Virus record (IMG/VR): IMGVR_UViG_3300023174_000039
Span: 186,001-250,000 of that record
Length of the DNA stretch: 64,000 nucleotides
Strand: one strand, 5' to 3'
Below are positions 9,093-19,749 of the stretch, piece after piece. Made by a program: the position numbers and the translations under genes. The notes under the pieces were generated by a model that worked only from the letters and a program-made list of their open reading frames with translations, searched no databases and was not told the DNA's origin. Numbering within the stretch: the stretch's first letter is position 1; each line of letters starts with the position of its first letter.

Positions 9093-10178
9093 ATGACTGC
9101 TAAAGATCAGGCACCAGAACAAGTCTTTAAGATTCTAACACAGGATCAAATTGATCAGCGGCAAATAAATCACTTGACATCGTTCGCACGTGGTAGTACA
9201 CATTCAAATATTACCAATCACTGTGATCGTCCGTGGAACACTGTGACAATTCACACAGACGGTGAATGTTATACGTGCATTTGTGCTGCCTGGCTTCCTA
9301 TCTCTGTAGGCAATATTGAATCGTTTAGTAGTCTTGATGACATATGGAATAATCCAACCGCAGAATTTTTGCAACAAACTGTAACTGATAAAAAATATAC
9401 ATATTGTGCTGTTAATCACTGTGGCATACCAGATCATGAATTGTACCAGGACCCCAACAGTCCAACAACATACATTATTAATGTTTCTGTAGATGAAAGT
9501 TGTAATCTTGCATGCCCAAGTTGTCGACGAGAAGCTGTTAACATCACGTCTGGTCCTGTGTTTGATAAAAAACTAAAAATGGTAGAACATCTGACTCGGT
9601 TGATTACAGAGTTTAACAAACCATTAGAGATCATAATGATAAGTTCTGGAGACCCTCTGGCTAGCTTGATCATGCGACCACTTGTGTTAAATTGGGTACC
9701 ACAACCTAATCAGAAAATTACGTTGTTTACAAATGGATTACTAATGAAAAAGTTATTGCCGACCAGTAGCATATTACAAGATATATCTAAATTCTGGATC
9801 AGTGTAGATGCTGGGTCGGAAGATGTGTATGAAAATGTTCGTCGTCCTGGGAAGTACAGTGTGCTTAGAGAAAACTTAGATTGGCTAACCGAGAACAAGC
9901 CCAAGGATGCCACAGTTGTTTTAAAATTTACGTTGTCTGCCGGTAATGCATTGGACATTATGAACTTTTGCAAAATGTGCGAGCATTATGGATTCCATGG
10001 TGATATTACCAATCTAGATGATCAAAGGACCTGGGACAATTTCAACGATCACGAAGTCATAAGAAATAGTGATCATCCGTTGCACTCTGCGGCTGTAGAA
10101 CAACTGAAACAAGCATCTGTTCTTCCTTACATAGAAGTATCTCCATTCTTTAACAAGGTATTACATGATTCAAGATAA
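9093..10178 (+). CDS. Radical SAM protein with an N-terminal SPASM/twitch-like Cys cluster
   Basis: CNLACPSC; HCDRPWNTVTIHTDGECYTC; SSGDP. Confidence 0.88.
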   Translation: MTAKDQAPEQVFKILTQDQIDQRQINHLTSFARGSTHSNITNHCDRPWNTVTIHTDGECYTCICAAWLPISVGNIESFSSLDDIWNNPTAEFLQQTVTDKKYTYCAVNHCGIPDHELYQDPNSPTTYIINVSVDESCNLACPSCRREAVNITSGPVFDKKLKMVEHLTRLITEFNKPLEIIMISSGDPLASLIMRPLVLNWVPQPNQKITLFTNGLLMKKLLPTSSILQDISKFWISVDAGSEDVYENVRRPGKYSVLRENLDWLTENKPKDATVVLKFTLSAGNALDIMNFCKMCEHYGFHGDITNLDDQRTWDNFNDHEVIRNSDHPLHSAAVEQLKQASVLPYIEVSPFFNKVLHDSR

Positions 10179-11721
10179 CCTAACCGACAAGCAGAGCGAC
10201 TATGCTGTGTTCCTTCCAGCTATATCTGGCTTCTATGCCACCTTTGTGGGCAAGCAACGCAATGAACCGTATGTAGATCCTGCTAGGTTCCCCCAAGGAT
10301 TTACTGACATGGAACAGATGAATTGGCTTAATAGTCAAAAAGGTATGTTTCCTTACAAGTGGAGTCTGTACTCTGGTGGTCATGCTAACTTGGACTTGAA
10401 CAAACAAGACTGGTCAGAAGACATGGTTCGTAATCGTGATCCTAACACTATTATGCTAGGAGACTCAGGTGGGTTCCAGATTGCCAAAGGCCTGTGGGAA
10501 GGTGACTGGAAAGCCAACTCGGGTTGTCCAAAAGCTCAAAAGAAACGTGAGTCTGTGCTAACTTGGTTGGACACTATCAGCAACTATGGTATGGGCCTAG
10601 ATATTCCAACCTGGGTTATCCACGACAAGAAAGCAAGCGATGCCTGTCAGATCAAAACACTAGACGAAGCAGTTGCGGCTACCAAGTTCAACAATGAATA
10701 CTTTATCCGGCACCGCCGGGGCAAAGATCAAGGTGGCGCCCGTTTCTTAAATGTGCTACAAGGTGACAATCATACGTCTGCTGAGGAATGGTATCAGCAA
10801 ATGAAACACTTCTGCGATCCTGCTGTGTACCCCGATCGTCACTTTGATGGCTGGGGCATGGGCGGACAAAACATGTGCGATGTACACTTGGTGTTAAAAC
10901 GCCTTGTGGCCTTGCGCTACGACAATCTACTACAAGAGGGCAAACATGATTGGATGCACTTCTTGGGAACCTCCAAGTTGGAGTGGGCCGTTTTATTAAC
11001 TGTAATTCAGAGAGCCGTAAGAAAATATGTCAACCCGCAATTCACTATCTCGTTTGACTGCGCCAGTCCGTTCCTTGCAACAGCCAATGGACAAGTGTAT
11101 TTTGAAAATGTCTACGAGCACAACCAGAAGTGGTCGTATCGCATGGCTCCTTCAGCCGATGACAAAAAATACGCCACAGACACCCGCAAGTGGAGCGACG
11201 GAGTAGTAGCAGACGGCATCTACGATAACTGGGAAGATTCGCCATTAAGCAACCTGTTCAAGATGAAAGACATCTGTATCTACAAACCTGGTGACCTAAA
11301 CAAGATTGGCAAAGAAGGCAAAACATCCTGGGACTCATTCTCGTATGCTTTGCTGATGGGACATAATGTTTGGATGCACTTGACTGCGGTACAAGAAGCC
11401 AATAGACGGTTTGATGCAGGTTCTCGTCCTGCCATGATGCAACGGCAAGGCGGTGACTATGCCAAGTTTGAGGACATTGTGGAGGCCATCTTTGCCGCAC
11501 CAGATCGTGTGACTGCCGAAGCCATAATTGAACAGTATGACACCTATTGGATGGAAATTGTGGGCACCCGTGGATTCAAAGGCAAAAAAGCCAAGAATGC
11601 TCGAACCCAGTTCAAAGCATTGTTTAGTTTTGAAGAACCCGAAGTTGACACTGAATCTATAGATAGTGTACAATTAGATACAAACGCATTGAATCAACTT
11701 GAACAGGATCAAGAGAAATGA
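10165..11721 (+). CDS. dpdA: DpdA/TGT-family guanine transglycosylase, probably the phage DpdA2 type that inserts 7-deazaguanine into DNA
   Basis: GDSGGFQ, LDIP, NVLQG, HFLGTS and ISFDCASP motifs; co-located with folE, queD and queE. Confidence 0.82.
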   Translation: MIQDNLTDKQSDYAVFLPAISGFYATFVGKQRNEPYVDPARFPQGFTDMEQMNWLNSQKGMFPYKWSLYSGGHANLDLNKQDWSEDMVRNRDPNTIMLGDSGGFQIAKGLWEGDWKANSGCPKAQKKRESVLTWLDTISNYGMGLDIPTWVIHDKKASDACQIKTLDEAVAATKFNNEYFIRHRRGKDQGGARFLNVLQGDNHTSAEEWYQQMKHFCDPAVYPDRHFDGWGMGGQNMCDVHLVLKRLVALRYDNLLQEGKHDWMHFLGTSKLEWAVLLTVIQRAVRKYVNPQFTISFDCASPFLATANGQVYFENVYEHNQKWSYRMAPSADDKKYATDTRKWSDGVVADGIYDNWEDSPLSNLFKMKDICIYKPGDLNKIGKEGKTSWDSFSYALLMGHNVWMHLTAVQEANRRFDAGSRPAMMQRQGGDYAKFEDIVEAIFAAPDRVTAEAIIEQYDTYWMEIVGTRGFKGKKAKNARTQFKALFSFEEPEVDTESIDSVQLDTNALNQLEQDQEK

Positions 11722-12251
11722 ATAGAGAAGGTCACGAAAACATCGACCTGTTTATTGGTCAAGAAGTGGAACATACACCAGCATATGGACAAAAAACATT
11801 GTTTGTTGTAGGGTTACAAGATGTTGCTAAGATTCTAGAAATTCTCAAGAATCACAAATCCTATCTTGATCCAGAACGACACATAACCCATGTGTACTTT
11901 GGTGCTAACATGAGCTTTCCGCATCTCTTGGTCAATGACTACAGATGGCAAGACTGGGAAAACATGATCAAACAAGTATTGGATGCTGGCTATGTATGTA
12001 CCCTTGATATCGATATTGCATGCGTAGAAGGTCTTGCAGAAAGTTCATTGTGTGAACACAACAACTTTATCCCAATGATTTCGGCCAAGATTCCTTATAT
12101 TCGTCTACTCAACTACAATGCAACATTGAAGATTGATGACAAAGACTTTGACGCCACCAATCCAGGCGTGTGGTGTCATAGCATACATACACTACAAAAA
12201 CGAGCAGTGTTCACTGACTGGTCTAAGTATACCAAAGACACCAGTATCTAA
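11718..12251 (+). CDS. Conserved hypothetical protein coupled to dpdA
   Basis: ATGA overlap with dpdA; FIGQEVEHTPAYGQKTLFVVG and HVYFGAN. Confidence 0.75.
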   Translation: MNREGHENIDLFIGQEVEHTPAYGQKTLFVVGLQDVAKILEILKNHKSYLDPERHITHVYFGANMSFPHLLVNDYRWQDWENMIKQVLDAGYVCTLDIDIACVEGLAESSLCEHNNFIPMISAKIPYIRLLNYNATLKIDDKDFDATNPGVWCHSIHTLQKRAVFTDWSKYTKDTSI

Positions 12252-12946
12252 TGTCAAAACTTGAAAACGACCACAATAATCAGAACTCAAAATATCATCA
12301 ACACATTACAAAATCGTTTTTTCATGTGTGTACTGATAAATCAGTGCTGGAAATTGGTCCTAACATAGGACAACAAACCTATTGTATCATGAACAACAAT
12401 CCAAGATTTGTAACACAGGTCGAAGCCGATGAAGATAATTTGCCTAACTTAAGGTCTAGATTTCCACATAATAACATACTACATCAAGATATTTTTGATT
12501 ACTACAAAGTTCCGCACAAAATGGATGTTGTTGTATGTTGCGGAATGTTTTATCATTTGCACAATCCGTTTCATCTGTTAGAGCTAATTGTAAATCAGTC
12601 AGATCCTGAATATTTGGTGTTGGATTGTACCAGCGCAGATAATGCAAGTGGATGGCTCAAGGACTCAATATCACTTGAAGATCCAACAACTGGAGAATGC
12701 AAAATACGTGTTAGAGACGAATATACATCTGCTGTATTAATTGACACTGAAGTTACAAACACTCCTGGAATGAGACAGTCGTCAATGAAAAAACACATGC
12801 CATTTAGCATTGTGTTTCATACTGATTTGTATCGAAAGGCACTTGAATCATTTGGATATCAAACTCTGAAGATTGAGAAAATAGGAACTAGATTCAAGAC
12901 AAAAACCAAGCATAGTAGTTGGATGGGCCTATGGAAGAAAACATAA
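12251..12946 (+). CDS. Class I SAM-dependent methyltransferase
   Basis: VLEIGPNIG; DVVVCCGMFYH. Confidence 0.82.
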   Translation: MSKLENDHNNQNSKYHQHITKSFFHVCTDKSVLEIGPNIGQQTYCIMNNNPRFVTQVEADEDNLPNLRSRFPHNNILHQDIFDYYKVPHKMDVVVCCGMFYHLHNPFHLLELIVNQSDPEYLVLDCTSADNASGWLKDSISLEDPTTGECKIRVRDEYTSAVLIDTEVTNTPGMRQSSMKKHMPFSIVFHTDLYRKALESFGYQTLKIEKIGTRFKTKTKHSSWMGLWKKT

Positions 12947-14094
12947 ATCAAGACAAGTCAAAAACTGCCAACAACAAAAACTTTTGTCCAGCACCCTGGG
13001 TCAGTGTGTATCTTGCGCCAGATGGGACTATCGATAACTGTTGTGTTTCTAGAAACAATCTTGGCAACATTAAACATTCACAAGACACACACAAAATCTT
13101 GTCCGGCAATATCAATCTTGGTGTTCAGCAGGCCATGCTTGACAATCAAGTTGTGCCCGGGTGTGCCTGGTGTCACGGAACTGTGGATAACTTACAAGAT
13201 AGTTTGATAAGAGATCATGGTGATCTAGGCGATTCATTTTATCAACCCGGATTCTTTAATTTAAAATATCTAGATGCAAGATGGAGCAACACCTGTAATT
13301 TGGCGTGTGTATACTGCAACGAAGGATGCAGCTCGTTGTGGGCACAAGAAAACAACAGACACATTCCCATAAAAACCAATGACAGAAATAATTTTTTACA
13401 GTATGTGCTGGACAATGTGGAATCCCTAGAACGCATTCAAATGGCAGGTGGCGAACCGTTGTTGTTGAAAGAAAACGAGTTGTTGATCAACGAAATAATT
13501 TCTCGTAATCCCAAGTGTCACATAACCATCAACACAAATTTAATAAACATTGACAACAAAATTTATCAACAATTGATACGCCTAGACAATGTAAGATGGC
13601 TGGTGAGCTTTGAAGCCACCGGTGCTCAGTATGAGTACATTAGATACCCTGGAAAGTGGTCTGTGTTTGAAAACAATCTACAACAGCTCAAACTCGATGT
13701 TGAAAACACCCAAAGTACCATTAGCTTTAACATGGTATTTCTTTCGTTAAATGCCATGTCATACTGGGACACAATTGACTGGACCTTGGATTTTTTTAGT
13801 GACACCCAAAAATCAGCCACGCTGGCACTGGCATTGTACAACAATGGTGTGTTTCCCGGGGCGTTTGATCCCCGTGCGTTATCTGCCAACTATAGAAATC
13901 AGATAATCAATCGCATGCAAAAAGGCAATTACAGTGGACTCAGAGGCTATCAAAATATTGCCAAATCTCTTGCAAGTAACGAGCATATTAGTGTAAAATT
14001 CAATGACACAATGCAAGGACTTGACAGTCGCAGAGGTCTAAATAGTAGACAACTTTTTCCTGAAATTTATAACTCTATAGAAAACACTTTATGA
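12919..14094 (+). CDS. Radical SAM protein with an N-terminal twitch-like domain
   Basis: FCPAPWVSVYLAPDG..CC; CNLACVYC; AGGEP. Confidence 0.9.
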   Translation: MDGPMEENINQDKSKTANNKNFCPAPWVSVYLAPDGTIDNCCVSRNNLGNIKHSQDTHKILSGNINLGVQQAMLDNQVVPGCAWCHGTVDNLQDSLIRDHGDLGDSFYQPGFFNLKYLDARWSNTCNLACVYCNEGCSSLWAQENNRHIPIKTNDRNNFLQYVLDNVESLERIQMAGGEPLLLKENELLINEIISRNPKCHITINTNLINIDNKIYQQLIRLDNVRWLVSFEATGAQYEYIRYPGKWSVFENNLQQLKLDVENTQSTISFNMVFLSLNAMSYWDTIDWTLDFFSDTQKSATLALALYNNGVFPGAFDPRALSANYRNQIINRMQKGNYSGLRGYQNIAKSLASNEHISVKFNDTMQGLDSRRGLNSRQLFPEIYNSIENTL

Positions 14095-14534
14095 ATCAAG
14101 AGCAACGAGAAAAAATTGAAAGATGCAAACAATATGCAGATAGAAAAATCTGGGTTACCTTCCGCAAAGAAGGAATCCACAAGTACCCTGCTGCCGCTAG
14201 TGATCCTGCACTGGCGACTGGTGATGAATATGATGTTAGTTTCCTTGGTGTGCCTCATAGACACATATTTCATTTCCGAGTTTGGATTGATGTTTTTCAC
14301 AACGATCGCGATATTGAATTTATCCAGTTCAAACGCTGGTTGGAAAAGCTCTATGCCGGTGGAACACTGGAACTCAACTTCAAGAGTTGTGAAATGATCT
14401 CAGATGATCTGTACCTGCAGATTGCTCAAAGGTATCCTGACCGTGCGGTCTGGATTGAAGTGGCCGAAGATGGTGAGAACGGCGCTTTGATCAAATATGA
14501 AATTTCTCGCCCAAGTTTATCAATTGTAAATTAA
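14091..14534 (+). CDS. dpdL: T-fold QueD paralogue, DpdL-like (candidate CDG decarboxylase)
   Basis: LGVPHRHIF matches the LxxxHRHxF motif I recall for DpdL. Also has SCEMISDD and EVAEDGENG T-fold features and sits in the deazaguanine cluster. Confidence 0.62.
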   Translation: MNQEQREKIERCKQYADRKIWVTFRKEGIHKYPAAASDPALATGDEYDVSFLGVPHRHIFHFRVWIDVFHNDRDIEFIQFKRWLEKLYAGGTLELNFKSCEMISDDLYLQIAQRYPDRAVWIEVAEDGENGALIKYEISRPSLSIVN

Positions 14535-14544
14535 AAGGAAAAGT

Positions 14545-14772
14545 ATGGCCAAGCCTACAATCAAATCCAACCCTCGTGTGACTGAGATCTACGAGGATCT
14601 CGAAAAGTACTTGGAGTTCTGCCAAGACTACGGGTATCGCTACAACGAAGCGGACTTGTATAACTTCAAGAGTTATGCATTCCAGCAGTTCAACAAGTGG
14701 GCACAGGGCAAGAATGCCAAGAATATGTGGTGGGAAGATGCAAGACGTTTTGCAGGATATCGTCCCGCATGA
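14545..14772 (+). CDS. Small conserved phage hypothetical protein
   Basis: AAGGAAAAG SD; 75 aa. Confidence 0.75.
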   Translation: MAKPTIKSNPRVTEIYEDLEKYLEFCQDYGYRYNEADLYNFKSYAFQQFNKWAQGKNAKNMWWEDARRFAGYRPA

Positions 14773-15662
14773 TTCACGTATTCTTTGATTGCGGATCTTT
14801 TGGTAGTACCATAGAATCGGTGTTGCACAACTACACTGATCACAGTGTGCCAATTGATTCCAAGATCTTAGATGACGGATCCATGCATTCGTTTCTCAAA
14901 GAACAACATGTGACAAGTGTCAAGATACTGGATGATTTTCTTCATCAGGGTACATCTAACAGTAATACTATTACTACGCCAACGTATCCGTTTAAGGAAT
15001 TTAAACTACCTACAATTCTTGAGCATTTTTCTTTGAGCCAATCCTGGGCTACTGATACAAAAATTTTGATATTTCAACCGGACCTTAGAGCATGTGAACT
15101 AAACTTGTTGTTCAAGTATCACAAGGTCTGCATCAGTTACATAAATGCTGGTCTTGATATTATCATTGGTGATAATCAACACAATATTGTGAATTGGAAT
15201 CAAACCTATACTCACTGGTCGCAGATGAAAACCTGGGAACTGAGAGAGTGGTTGAGTTTGTTTTACACAGGGTTTGTGCAGGAGTTTATTGATGCCAAAG
15301 ACCAAGTAACAGATGATTGGTTAAAACTCACCAACACTGACATATTGTACAATACCAAAGAGTCATTGCTCAAAATTATAAATCACTGTGGGTTGACCAA
15401 CACCAAAGACCTTACAGATTTTGTGACCAAGTGGCAACAGGCACAAAAATACATTGTGGACGAGTTTAATCTGTTGGATCAAATTGTTGATTGTGCCATT
15501 GCTAACCAGCCACTAAAATGGCAACCTATCAACATCATAGCAGAAGCTATTGTTCAACAACGGCTGAGAGCAAAAGGTTATGAGATTCGATGCGACGGCC
15601 TTGACATATTCCCAACAGATGCTATAATGTTTAATACACTACTAGAGAAAGTACACCAATGA
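14769..15662 (+). CDS. Hypothetical protein, possibly sulfotransferase/P-loop-like
   Basis: Likely start MIHVFFDCGSFGSTI at 14769 (ATGA overlap). Confidence 0.65.
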   Translation: MIHVFFDCGSFGSTIESVLHNYTDHSVPIDSKILDDGSMHSFLKEQHVTSVKILDDFLHQGTSNSNTITTPTYPFKEFKLPTILEHFSLSQSWATDTKILIFQPDLRACELNLLFKYHKVCISYINAGLDIIIGDNQHNIVNWNQTYTHWSQMKTWELREWLSLFYTGFVQEFIDAKDQVTDDWLKLTNTDILYNTKESLLKIINHCGLTNTKDLTDFVTKWQQAQKYIVDEFNLLDQIVDCAIANQPLKWQPINIIAEAIVQQRLRAKGYEIRCDGLDIFPTDAIMFNTLLEKVHQ

Positions 15663-16861
15663 GAAAACTATTTTACATGGGCTTGGAAAGTTACGAAGCC
15701 CGATATACACTACAATTAACAGAGTGGAACCGACGAGTGTTTGACCGTAGAGGTCTTGACGTTGTGTATGTTCCCGGAACCACTATTGACAATAGCCAGG
15801 CTATTTCGGTAGGTCAAGTGCTGGACGCACATGGACGCAGTTATTTTAGCATGAGCCAGATGATGAACTTGGTTCAGATGATGAAGAACGGAGAAGTTAC
15901 CAATGAAGATGTTATCTACTTTGAAGACATGTTTCAACCCGGTATTGAGAGTTTACCCTACATCCTTAATCAGGTTCCTGCTGATCAACGTCCTCGTGTG
16001 TATGTGCGCTGTCTTGCTCAGTCCATTGATCCTGATGACTTCGTGCATGTATGGGGTATGGCGAAATGGATGGGCCTCTACGAACAAATGGTTAATGAGT
16101 TCGTGGACGGGGTTCTCGCCACAAACGAAGAGATGGTTGCTCATATGCGCATTGCTGGATGGCGTGCTCCTATATACAATATTAGTGGCCTAGCATTCGG
16201 CAAGGCGGAAGTGTTAGAGCGCATTGGTGGCGCAGAGAATATCCGGCCATTTGATCAGCGTCCACGACGTGTGGGATTTGCCGCACGGTTTGACCAAGAG
16301 AAGCAACCAGGATTCTTTATGGACTTGATTGACATGTATGGGTACTTGACCAATCAGCCTTGCGAGTTTGCTATCTTCTCAGGTGGCCCGTTGCGCAGTA
16401 ACAATCCAGAATACATTAGTCGTGCTAGACAAATGGAACGAGAAGGCAAGCTCAAGATCTACGAAAACCTCAGCAAGAACGATTACTATGAGTTATTGAA
16501 CGATACTAGAGTGCTGTTCAACTGTGCCCTGCAAGATTGGGTAAGTAATACAGTATCCGAAGCAGATACATTAGGAGCAAATGTGGTATATCCTGCATAT
16601 CGCAGTTTCCCAGAGACATTTGCAAACGATCCTGAACGCTTGTATGTTCCTTGGTCAATTGATGATGCCTATCACAAAATGCAAAACATGTTGCACAAGC
16701 CACATCATAACATGGGCCTGATCAGTGACTGGAACAATGGTACCATCGACCGCGTGATTGATATCATGCAGGGCCAAGGCGAGCAATGGAACCGTGCAGG
16801 TAATCGTTATCGTGATCATACTGCTCACGAGAAGTATCAAGTTGTAAAGATTGAAGAATGA
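15659..16861 (+). CDS. GT-B (GT4-like) glycosyltransferase
   Basis: FAARFDQEKQPG, LSKNDYYELL, VSNTVSEADTLG, YPAYRSFPE. Confidence 0.8.
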   Translation: MRKLFYMGLESYEARYTLQLTEWNRRVFDRRGLDVVYVPGTTIDNSQAISVGQVLDAHGRSYFSMSQMMNLVQMMKNGEVTNEDVIYFEDMFQPGIESLPYILNQVPADQRPRVYVRCLAQSIDPDDFVHVWGMAKWMGLYEQMVNEFVDGVLATNEEMVAHMRIAGWRAPIYNISGLAFGKAEVLERIGGAENIRPFDQRPRRVGFAARFDQEKQPGFFMDLIDMYGYLTNQPCEFAIFSGGPLRSNNPEYISRARQMEREGKLKIYENLSKNDYYELLNDTRVLFNCALQDWVSNTVSEADTLGANVVYPAYRSFPETFANDPERLYVPWSIDDAYHKMQNMLHKPHHNMGLISDWNNGTIDRVIDIMQGQGEQWNRAGNRYRDHTAHEKYQVVKIEE

Positions 16862-17808
16862 GTAAAATTATTGTTACAGGTGCTGCCGGCTACATCGGTG
16901 GACAGATTAGTATAGCATTGCGTGATGCAGGATATCAAGTGATTGGCATTGACCTTATGCCAGCACCATCACACTTGGTAACACAGTTTACCAGATTTCA
17001 TCAAACAGATTTTGCAAGCGATACTGCATTGCAAACTATTCTAGAACATCGCCCGGATGCTATCATACATTGTGCTGGGACCAGTTTGGTTGGTCCAAGT
17101 ATTGACAACCCTCAAGAATACTACAACAACAATGTGGTCAAAACATTGAAGTTGTTGGACATGTTGGTTGATAAACTATCCAGCACTAGATTCATATTCA
17201 GTTCAAGTGCGGCTGTGTACGGTGTTCCGTTTATGACTCCGTGTCACGAGATAGATCCATGTGATCCTATCAGTCCGTATGGCGAAAGCAAGCTGATGAT
17301 TGAGCAAGCAATGGCTAGTTATCATCGAGCATATGGTTTAAACTATGTTGCATTTCGATACTTTAATGCATGCGGTGCTGATAGCAGTCGCCGGCACGGT
17401 CAGGCTCCTGGAGCCACACACATCATTGCTAGAGTACTTGAAAGTATCAAAAATGATCAGGAGTTTACACTCAACGGCATAGACTACCCAACCAAAGATG
17501 GCACATGTATTCGGGATTATATCCATGTAGAAGATATTGCTCGTGCTCATGTATTGGCATTAGATACCAAAGTTCCATCAGGCATTTACAATCTTGGCAG
17601 CAATACTGGTGTCAGCAACAGAGAGATTATCACAGCCGCAGAAGCTGTTACCAGTAGAACTGTTAATGTGGTAACTGGGCCTGCTCGTGCAGGAGATCCT
17701 CCGGTGCTGACTGCTGAACCAGGTAAATTTACCGAAGTAGCTGGAGAATGGAAAAAGTACACACTAGATGACACAATACAACATGCATGGAATTGGTACA
17801 ATGTTTGA
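16858..17808 (+). CDS. galE: UDP-glucose 4-epimerase
   Basis: VTGAAGYIG, SSSAAVYG, YGESK, FRYFNACGA, RDYIHVED. Confidence 0.92.
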   Translation: MSKIIVTGAAGYIGGQISIALRDAGYQVIGIDLMPAPSHLVTQFTRFHQTDFASDTALQTILEHRPDAIIHCAGTSLVGPSIDNPQEYYNNNVVKTLKLLDMLVDKLSSTRFIFSSSAAVYGVPFMTPCHEIDPCDPISPYGESKLMIEQAMASYHRAYGLNYVAFRYFNACGADSSRRHGQAPGATHIIARVLESIKNDQEFTLNGIDYPTKDGTCIRDYIHVEDIARAHVLALDTKVPSGIYNLGSNTGVSNREIITAAEAVTSRTVNVVTGPARAGDPPVLTAEPGKFTEVAGEWKKYTLDDTIQHAWNWYNV

Positions 17809-18397
17809 TAAAATCCTGCAGTTTGAACGAGCTCTAGCAGAGTTTACCGGTGCACCATATGCAATCATGACTGATTGTTGTACACATGCCATTGAACTGT
17901 GTTTGCGATATGATCAAGTTAAGCATTGTAAGATGCAACCTTACACATACCTAAGTATTCCAATGACCATGCACAAGTTGGGCATCAAATATGAATATCT
18001 TGATCACGAATGGCAACGTTGGGTTGGTGAATATCCCATACTTGAAACACGCATTTGGGATAGTGCTCGTAGACTTGAAAAGGATATGTATCGTCCGGGT
18101 ACCTTGACCTGTTTGAGTTTTGGTCGTGGCAAGCCTTTGCATATTGGTCGTGGCGGTGCTATCTTGTTAGATGACGTTGAGGCTTACGATACCATGCTAG
18201 CTCAACGATACGATGGTAGAGACTTGAGTATCACACCTTGGGAATCACAACAGGTGTTTAAAGTGGGGTATCATTACAAGCCCACTATCGAAGAAGCTGT
18301 GCAAGGACTTGCATTGCTAGAAGGTGTCAAGACAAATCGGCCAAAGCCAATCCCAGTAGATTATCCAGATCTACGTAAAATTAAAATTATACCTTGA
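17801..18397 (+). CDS. Short DegT/DnrJ-like PLP aminotransferase-family protein
   Basis: FERALAEFTG...DCCTHAIELCL...CLSFGRGKPL.IGRGGAIL. Confidence 0.75.
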   Translation: MFDKILQFERALAEFTGAPYAIMTDCCTHAIELCLRYDQVKHCKMQPYTYLSIPMTMHKLGIKYEYLDHEWQRWVGEYPILETRIWDSARRLEKDMYRPGTLTCLSFGRGKPLHIGRGGAILLDDVEAYDTMLAQRYDGRDLSITPWESQQVFKVGYHYKPTIEEAVQGLALLEGVKTNRPKPIPVDYPDLRKIKIIP

Positions 18398-18422
18398 CAT
18401 CGCGATCTAAATACGTTACAAT
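18394..18422 (+). promoter_or_regulatory. Sigma70 promoter with nested TAAATA, upstream of folE
   Basis: TTGACA 18394-99, 17 nt spacer, TACAAT 18417-22; TAAATA at 18408-13. Confidence 0.7.
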
Positions 18423-18461
18423 AGCACAAAGACATCCACGTCATTAACTCGGAGAACCAAC

Positions 18462-19274
18462 TTGACAAAAACTTTTATTCCAGATCCTGTTATACATACA
18501 GATTCAAAAAACACATTCGTCCCCCACGCTCATCAGAGCCCAATTGAAAAAGCCAGCAAGAACATGAGTGACAAGGGCTATGAAGAAGGTTACCTAGGCG
18601 ATGCCATTCGTTTCAAGATGAAACGTGACAACAAACGTTTCTGGGCAGGCGACAACATTAGCGACTATATCAATGGGGCAGATAAAGAAACTTTGATTGA
18701 CGAAGCAACAGAAGCATTTGAACTAGTGCTTGATCGTTTGCTTATTGATCGTGAAAATGATCCCAACTCAAAAGGTACAGCAAGACGACTTGCTAAAATG
18801 TACTTCAATGAAATTATGGAAGGTAGATATGAACCAGAACCAGACGCCACAGCATTTCCAAATGATTCGGAGAGCCGTTATGAAGGCATGCTTGTGGTAC
18901 GTAGCGAGTTGCGCAGTATGTGTAGTCATCATCACCAACCTGTGGCTGGCGTGGCTTATATTGGCATTATTGCTGCTCAAACTCTTATTGGACTTAGCAA
19001 ATATACACGCATTGCACAGTGGTGCGCCAGACGAGGTACTCTCCAGGAGGAACTTTGTAATGACATTGCCCGCGAGATTAGTAAAGCTACTGTTTCAGAA
19101 AACGTAGCAGTGTACATTCAAGCCACACACGGATGCTGTGAGAATCGTGGCATTATGGCACATAGCTCGTTGACTCAGACTACTGTGTTGCAAGGTGCGT
19201 TCAAAACAGATCCGTCAGTGAAGAAAGAGTTCTTTGACAACATTAAACTACAACAGGAGTTTGCCCCAAGATGA
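18462..19274 (+). CDS. folE: GTP cyclohydrolase I
   Basis: SMCSHHHQP, GLSKYTRIAQWCARR..LQE, ATHGCCENRG; TTG start after GGAG. Confidence 0.95.
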   Translation: MTKTFIPDPVIHTDSKNTFVPHAHQSPIEKASKNMSDKGYEEGYLGDAIRFKMKRDNKRFWAGDNISDYINGADKETLIDEATEAFELVLDRLLIDRENDPNSKGTARRLAKMYFNEIMEGRYEPEPDATAFPNDSESRYEGMLVVRSELRSMCSHHHQPVAGVAYIGIIAAQTLIGLSKYTRIAQWCARRGTLQEELCNDIAREISKATVSENVAVYIQATHGCCENRGIMAHSSLTQTTVLQGAFKTDPSVKKEFFDNIKLQQEFAPR

Positions 19275-19672
19275 GATATGAAACCCTAGAAGAAGCCGCT
19301 GCCGCAGGTGCCGCACCTTGGAGTGACGAAGCTACAGAATATTCAGATTATCATGTGGCAGTGTTCCGTGATGCTTATCCAGTAACTGTTGGACATTTAC
19401 TATTTGTTCCACGATGGAACAAGAATGACATCATTGAACAAGCAATGAACTATGCTTTCCGTTTTGGTCACCGAAAAGTAGTAACTGGTGAATGGGAGGC
19501 CTACAATGTGGGTATCAATTGTGGCGAGGCTGCAGGACAAACTGTGATGTATCCTCATGTGCATTTGATTCCACGCAAGGTGGGCGACTGCGCCAATCCC
19601 ATTGGTGGTGTTCGAGGTGTGATACACGGACAGGCCAACTATAAAGCTACTGGCTATACCAAACCAGTATAA
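19271..19672 (+). CDS. HIT-family hydrolase
   Basis: GQTVMYPHVHLIPR. Confidence 0.92.
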   Translation: MRYETLEEAAAAGAAPWSDEATEYSDYHVAVFRDAYPVTVGHLLFVPRWNKNDIIEQAMNYAFRFGHRKVVTGEWEAYNVGINCGEAAGQTVMYPHVHLIPRKVGDCANPIGGVRGVIHGQANYKATGYTKPV

Positions 19673-19683
19673 GTAATGATCTC

Positions 19684-19749
19684 AGCGGCCTTTAGAGCAT
19701 TCATCCCGCTATACAAATTCTGCAAGCCTATGCTATAATCTAACATAGG
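19684..19749 (+). promoter_or_regulatory. Candidate preQ1-I-like riboswitch or leader upstream of queD
   Basis: AGCGG/CCGCT stem, CATCCC and A-rich tail, possible loop-tail pseudoknot, then a CCTATG/CATAGG hairpin over the SD. Confidence 0.4.

Noticed and set aside
18423-18461. Second preQ1-like element in the folE leader (GACATCCACGTC)
   Set aside because: Only a 3-bp hairpin; no 5' strand for a P1 stem within the predicted transcript.
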